Of a DNA stretch of 64,000 nt, positions 60,232 to 64,000 are shown piece after piece. The translations under genes and the position numbers were made by a program. Numbering within the stretch: the stretch's first letter is position 1; the number at the start of each line of letters is the position of its first letter. The DNA lies in the NCBI GenBank assembly GCA_964588985.1, contig CAZPQW010000010.1, positions 1 through 64,000 of the forward strand, in the 5' to 3' direction. Below the pieces are notes generated by a model. The model saw only the letters and a program-made list of their open reading frames with translations, made no database searches and had not been told where the DNA came from. The DNA is from an uncultured Solirubrobacteraceae bacterium (lineage in GTDB: Bacteria > Actinomycetota > Thermoleophilia > Solirubrobacterales > Solirubrobacteraceae).

Positions 60232-60615
60232 TCACTCGTCTTCGATCAGCGACCGGAACGGCGCGGCGGGCTCGACGGTCCCGCCGGCGGCGTGGACGCG
60301 ATCGGAGAGCCATAAGTCGGAGGTGACGACGCGGATCGCGCCGGGCTCTGAGTCCTCGGCGAGCAGGCGCACGATCTCGTCGTCGGCGGAGTCGCGGCGC
60401 GGGCGCGGGGCGTGGGCGACGATGATGACGCTGGAGCGGATCGGTGGCCTGGGGGGCTGCTCGAAGACGACGGTGACGTCCTCGCCGTTGACGGCGGCCC
60501 AGCGCTCGAGCATGTCGACGAGCTTCACCATGGCGGCGTGCCTGTCCTTCCACCACGCGTCGGGACGCGTTCCGATCACGTTCATCCCGTCGATGAGCCA
60601 GCGCACTGCGGCCAA
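60232..60615 (-). CDS. NYN/YacP-like PIN domain protein
   Basis: IDGMNVIG, SADDEI, VVTSD. Confidence 0.85.
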   Translation of the reverse strand: MAAVRWLIDGMNVIGTRPDAWWKDRHAAMVKLVDMLERWAAVNGEDVTVVFEQPPRPPIRSSVIIVAHAPRPRRDSADDEIVRLLAEDSEPGAIRVVTSDLWLSDRVHAAGGTVEPAAPFRSLIEDE

Positions 60616-60673
60616 GCCTACGTTCTCGCCGCCGCGATCGCGTTGACAGCTGGATCTGCTGGACTGATGTCAG

Positions 60674-60916
60674 ATGAGGCTCGAGGGCATCCAGACCGGA
60701 GACATCGTGGAGGTCGACCACAAAGGCCGTCGCTTCCACGCGATCGTGACGGGGCCGGCGCCGGGTGGTCTGGCGCTGCAGCCGACCGATCGGCGCGTCA
60801 ACTACTACTCGTGCCGCAGCCGCGAGGTGGTGGGCCACTGGGCCAAGCGCGGTCGTCCGCGTGAGACGAGCGAGCCGCTGCGGCCGTCGCCGCGTCAGCT
60901 GGAGATGGACCTGTAG
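60674..60916 (+). CDS. Small hypothetical protein
   Basis: Compact ORF with host-like codon usage; SH3-like GDIVEV start. Confidence 0.6.
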   Translation: MRLEGIQTGDIVEVDHKGRRFHAIVTGPAPGGLALQPTDRRVNYYSCRSREVVGHWAKRGRPRETSEPLRPSPRQLEMDL

Positions 60917-61482
60917 GCGTCGGCGGCGTCTTGGAGGCGGTCATCGCCCCAGAACAGCTCCCCGTCGACGATCACGGTCGGCACCCCGAACACGCCGTGT
61001 GCGAGCGCGGCGTCGGTCTCCTCGCGCAGCGCGTGCTTGACGGCGGGGTCCTTGAGCGCCCCCTGTAGCTCAGAGGGTTCGATCCCGACGCGGCTGCCGG
61101 CCTCGAGCACTGAGTCGAGCTCGCCGATGTTCCGGCCCTCGAGGAAGGAGAGGCGCATCGCGCTGAGCGCGAACGGCTTGAGCAGGTCTCGCGTGTTGGC
61201 GTAGGCCATGGCGCGCGCTACGAGCAGGTCGTTGGTGGGCCACGGATCCGGCCAGCGGATCGGCCCGAGCCCATATGTCTCCGCGCGCGCGTCGCAGTCG
61301 GCGATGCCGGCGTCGCGCTCCTCGGTCAGCCCCCAGGAGACGCGCCGGTTGGACTTGAACATGCCGCCGAGGAATATCCCGTGCCAGCTCGCCTCGGGCA
61401 GCAGCCGCTCGATGCGCTCGGCGGAGAACCACGAGTAGGGGGACATCGCGCCGAAGAAGAACCGAGGCCTCTGCACAGCCAT
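60895..61482 (-). CDS. DsbA/2-hydroxychromene-2-carboxylate isomerase family protein
   Basis: SPYSW, GVFGVPT, FWGDDRL. Confidence 0.88.
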   Translation of the reverse strand: MAVQRPRFFFGAMSPYSWFSAERIERLLPEASWHGIFLGGMFKSNRRVSWGLTEERDAGIADCDARAETYGLGPIRWPDPWPTNDLLVARAMAYANTRDLLKPFALSAMRLSFLEGRNIGELDSVLEAGSRVGIEPSELQGALKDPAVKHALREETDAALAHGVFGVPTVIVDGELFWGDDRLQDAADAYRSISS

Positions 61483-61496
61483 CTCTCTAAATGATT

Positions 61497-62633
61497 TTAT
61501 AGATTGGCTCGGGTCGCGCTGTGACACGCCGGTGGCTTGGCGCCGCGCCTGGCGGTGAGCGCGAACAGCGCGATGAACACGGCCGCGCCGAGGGCGTTGA
61601 GGTAGAGCTTGTAGTCGACCTTGACTTCGCCGAAGATGTCGGCGCGCGTGGGGCGCACGGCGGGTATGAGGCCGGCGAGGTCGAACAGGCCGTCGACGAT
61701 CAGCGCGGCGATCACCATGGTGACGAACATCAGCGCGACGATGCGCAGCGCGAACGGGCGGCCGTAGTACTTGCGGTAGGCGATGACGATCGGCAGGACG
61801 ATGAGGTCGGCGAACACGAACGCGATCACCCCGCCGAAGCCGATCCCTCCGGACCAGAGCACCGCGGCGAGCGGCACGTTGCCGACCGAGCAGACGAAGC
61901 TGAGCACGGCGATGAGCGGCCCGAGCACCACGTTCTCGAGCAGGCGCAGCGGTTCGGGGGCGTGCGTGGCGAACAGGCCGTTGAAGAAGTCGTTGGGAAG
62001 CAGGCCGAGGAAGCCGGCGAGCAGGAAGCCGGTGGCGATCTCGCGGTGGAGCATCGACCAGTCGTTGCGGAAGTTGTGCGCGACGTCCGACCACGAGTCG
62101 ACCGAGACGAGCCGTTGGCGCAGGGACATGGGCTCGCCGGCTGAGTGGTGCTGGTGGCCGGGGGCGGCCTCGCGGGCGTGCTCGCGGGCGACCTGTTCGA
62201 GCTTGGGCGAGACGAAGAAGCGCAGCAGGAGGGTCATGACGGCGACGAGGATCAGCCCGCCGACGAGCTCGGCGAGCGCGAACTGCCAGCCGATCAGAAC
62301 CCAGATGACGACACCGAGCTCGACGACGAGGTTGGTGGAGGCGAACTGGAACGCGAGCGAGCTGGCGGCGGAGGCGCCGCCGACGAACAGCGTGCGCGCG
62401 ATGGCGATGGCGGCGTAGGAGCAGGAGGAGGACGCGGCGCCGAGGCCGGTGGCGAGCGACACGGAGCGAAAGCCGCCGGACCCGAGCGTCCGCTGGATGC
62501 GCTCGCGCGGGACCCACGCCTGCACGACGCCGGAGATGGCGAAGCCGAGCACGAGCGCCCACCACACCTCCCACGCCATCAGCAGGGCGTTGGAGAGCCC
62601 TTCGAGGACCGTGCTGGGGACGCTGGCGAGCAC
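61497..62633 (-). CDS. DUF318-type predicted permease
   Basis: SSSCSYAA and FVCSVGNVP motifs, many TMs. Confidence 0.88.
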   Translation of the reverse strand: MLASVPSTVLEGLSNALLMAWEVWWALVLGFAISGVVQAWVPRERIQRTLGSGGFRSVSLATGLGAASSSCSYAAIAIARTLFVGGASAASSLAFQFASTNLVVELGVVIWVLIGWQFALAELVGGLILVAVMTLLLRFFVSPKLEQVAREHAREAAPGHQHHSAGEPMSLRQRLVSVDSWSDVAHNFRNDWSMLHREIATGFLLAGFLGLLPNDFFNGLFATHAPEPLRLLENVVLGPLIAVLSFVCSVGNVPLAAVLWSGGIGFGGVIAFVFADLIVLPIVIAYRKYYGRPFALRIVALMFVTMVIAALIVDGLFDLAGLIPAVRPTRADIFGEVKVDYKLYLNALGAAVFIALFALTARRGAKPPACHSATRANL

Positions 62634-62653
62634 CGAGGTTCACACTAGCTCTC

Positions 62654-62905
62654 ATGCACGAGCAAGCTCCAGGGCCCGGCGCGGCGAAGCTCGAACGCGC
62701 GATCGTGCTGGAGCTGCTCGACGGCGCGGGCGAGCGGGCCCGCTCGTGCGCGGAGCTCGCGGCGGACCTCGACGCGTCGGAGGCGGAGGTCGCGACGGCG
62801 GTGGAGCGGTTACGGGACGCCGGGGTCCTCCAGACGAACGGCCGGCAGGTGCTCGCGGCGCCGGCGGCGCTGCGCCTGGACGAGCTCGGCCTGATCGGCA
62901 TCTGA
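62654..62905 (+). CDS. Small winged-HTH protein
   Basis: AELAADL...VATAVERLRDAGVL. Confidence 0.6.
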   Translation: MHEQAPGPGAAKLERAIVLELLDGAGERARSCAELAADLDASEAEVATAVERLRDAGVLQTNGRQVLAAPAALRLDELGLIGI

Positions 62906-62964
62906 GGACTACGGATGACCTCATGTAAGCGGGATGTTTCGGTGTGGCGAGATAGGGTCCATCT

Positions 62965-64000
62965 ATGAGCGACCGCGTGCTCATCCTCTCCTGGGAGTAC
63001 CCGCCTGTGATCGAGGGAGGGCTGGCGCGCCACGTGCGCAAGCTCGCCGAGGCTCTGGTTCGCCAGGGTGTGACGGTGGACGTGCTGACGCGCGGGGTGG
63101 GCGAGGGCCCGGAGGTCTCAGAGCACGGCGGCGTGACGGTGCACCGCGTGCGCGAGCCGGCGTTCCCGCGCGACCTCGACCGCTTCGTGGCGTGGGTGGA
63201 GCGGATGAACGAGGACATGCTGCTGGCGGGCGAGGCGCTCGCGCAGGAGCACGACTACGACCTGATCCACGGCCACGACTGGCTCGTGGCGCAGGCGTCG
63301 GCGACGCTCGCCGACCGGATTGAGGTGCCGTACGTGACGACGATCCACGCGACCGAGCACGGTCGCCACCAGGGCTGGGTGAAGGACGAGCCGCAGGCGC
63401 ACATCCACGGGGTCGAGCGCTGGATGGCGCAGCGCGCGGACGCGGTGATCGTGTGCTCCTACTACATGCGCGGGCACGTGGCGGACATCTTCGACATCGA
63501 CGAGCGGCGCGTGGCGGTGATCCCGAACGGCGTGGACCCGAGCGAACTGCAGCCGACAGGCGACCTGCAGGCGCTTCGCGCGAGCTTCGCGGCGCCGCAC
63601 GAGAAGCTCGTGCTGCTGGTTGGCCGTCTGGTCTACGAGAAGGGCTTCCAGCTGGCGCTCGACGCGCTCCCGGGCGTGATCGAGCAGGTCGGCGACGTGC
63701 GCTTCATAGTCGCGGGCAGCGGCACGCACGAGGCGGAATTGAAGGCCCAGGCGGAGCGGCTGGGCCTCGGCGAGCACGGCACGTTCGTGGGCTGGATCGG
63801 CGATGACGTGCTGCACTCGCTCTACCGGATCGCGGATCTGTGCGTGATCCCGTCGATCTACGAGCCGTTCGGCCTCGTGGCGCTCGAGGCGATGGCGTCG
63901 GGCTGCCCGTGCATCGTCGCCGACACGGGCGGGCTGTGCGAGGTTGTGCCGGTGGGCGAGCGGGTGGGGCTGCGCTTCAACGGCGGCGACGCGGAGCACC
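62965..64000 (+). CDS. GT4 glycosyltransferase (3' part outside window)
   Basis: SWEYPP...GGLARHV, HGHDW, GRLVYEKG, YEPFGLVALEAMA. Confidence 0.93.
   Translation, partial: MSDRVLILSWEYPPVIEGGLARHVRKLAEALVRQGVTVDVLTRGVGEGPEVSEHGGVTVHRVREPAFPRDLDRFVAWVERMNEDMLLAGEALAQEHDYDLIHGHDWLVAQASATLADRIEVPYVTTIHATEHGRHQGWVKDEPQAHIHGVERWMAQRADAVIVCSYYMRGHVADIFDIDERRVAVIPNGVDPSELQPTGDLQALRASFAAPHEKLVLLVGRLVYEKGFQLALDALPGVIEQVGDVRFIVAGSGTHEAELKAQAERLGLGEHGTFVGWIGDDVLHSLYRIADLCVIPSIYEPFGLVALEAMASGCPCIVADTGGLCEVVPVGERVGLRFNGGDAEH

Overview
High-GC actinobacterial DNA; gene content suggests Thermoleophilia/Solirubrobacterales (inference). The left arm is housekeeping (leuS, holA, rpsT, murJ, lepA) and holds an unannotated ~195-nt structured RNA candidate between murJ and lepA plus a small nuclease-rich insertion (12.2-15.4 kb). 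The centre has a tRNA-Gly(TCC) with an unusual A8/U14/U21 core and a tRNA-Pro(GGG). The tRNA-Pro 3' end recurs four more times downstream, dividing 20.5-39.6 kb into four tandem units of 3-6 kb. Their ends carry arm-type boxes of two sequence types, and I found no integrase. Unit 1: complete retron (msr/msd RNA plus RT-TOPRIM fusion) and a Schlafen/AlbA_2 protein. Unit 2: AbiJ/HEPN-like protein, a GNAT toxin-like gene between two paralogous small genes, a pentapeptide protein and a divergent RES-like/Xre-MbcA pair. Unit 3: Mrr and AbiEi/AbiEii. Unit 4: coupling protein, relaxase-like protein and AAA ATPase. The right arm has a Rox-related monooxygenase behind an RAE-like palindrome, an ApbE flavinylation/ferredoxin locus with small TRTS-motif proteins, two P-type ATPases, an S53 peptidase, an MMPL transporter and miscellaneous genes. 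All calls come from reading motifs by eye; no searches were run.
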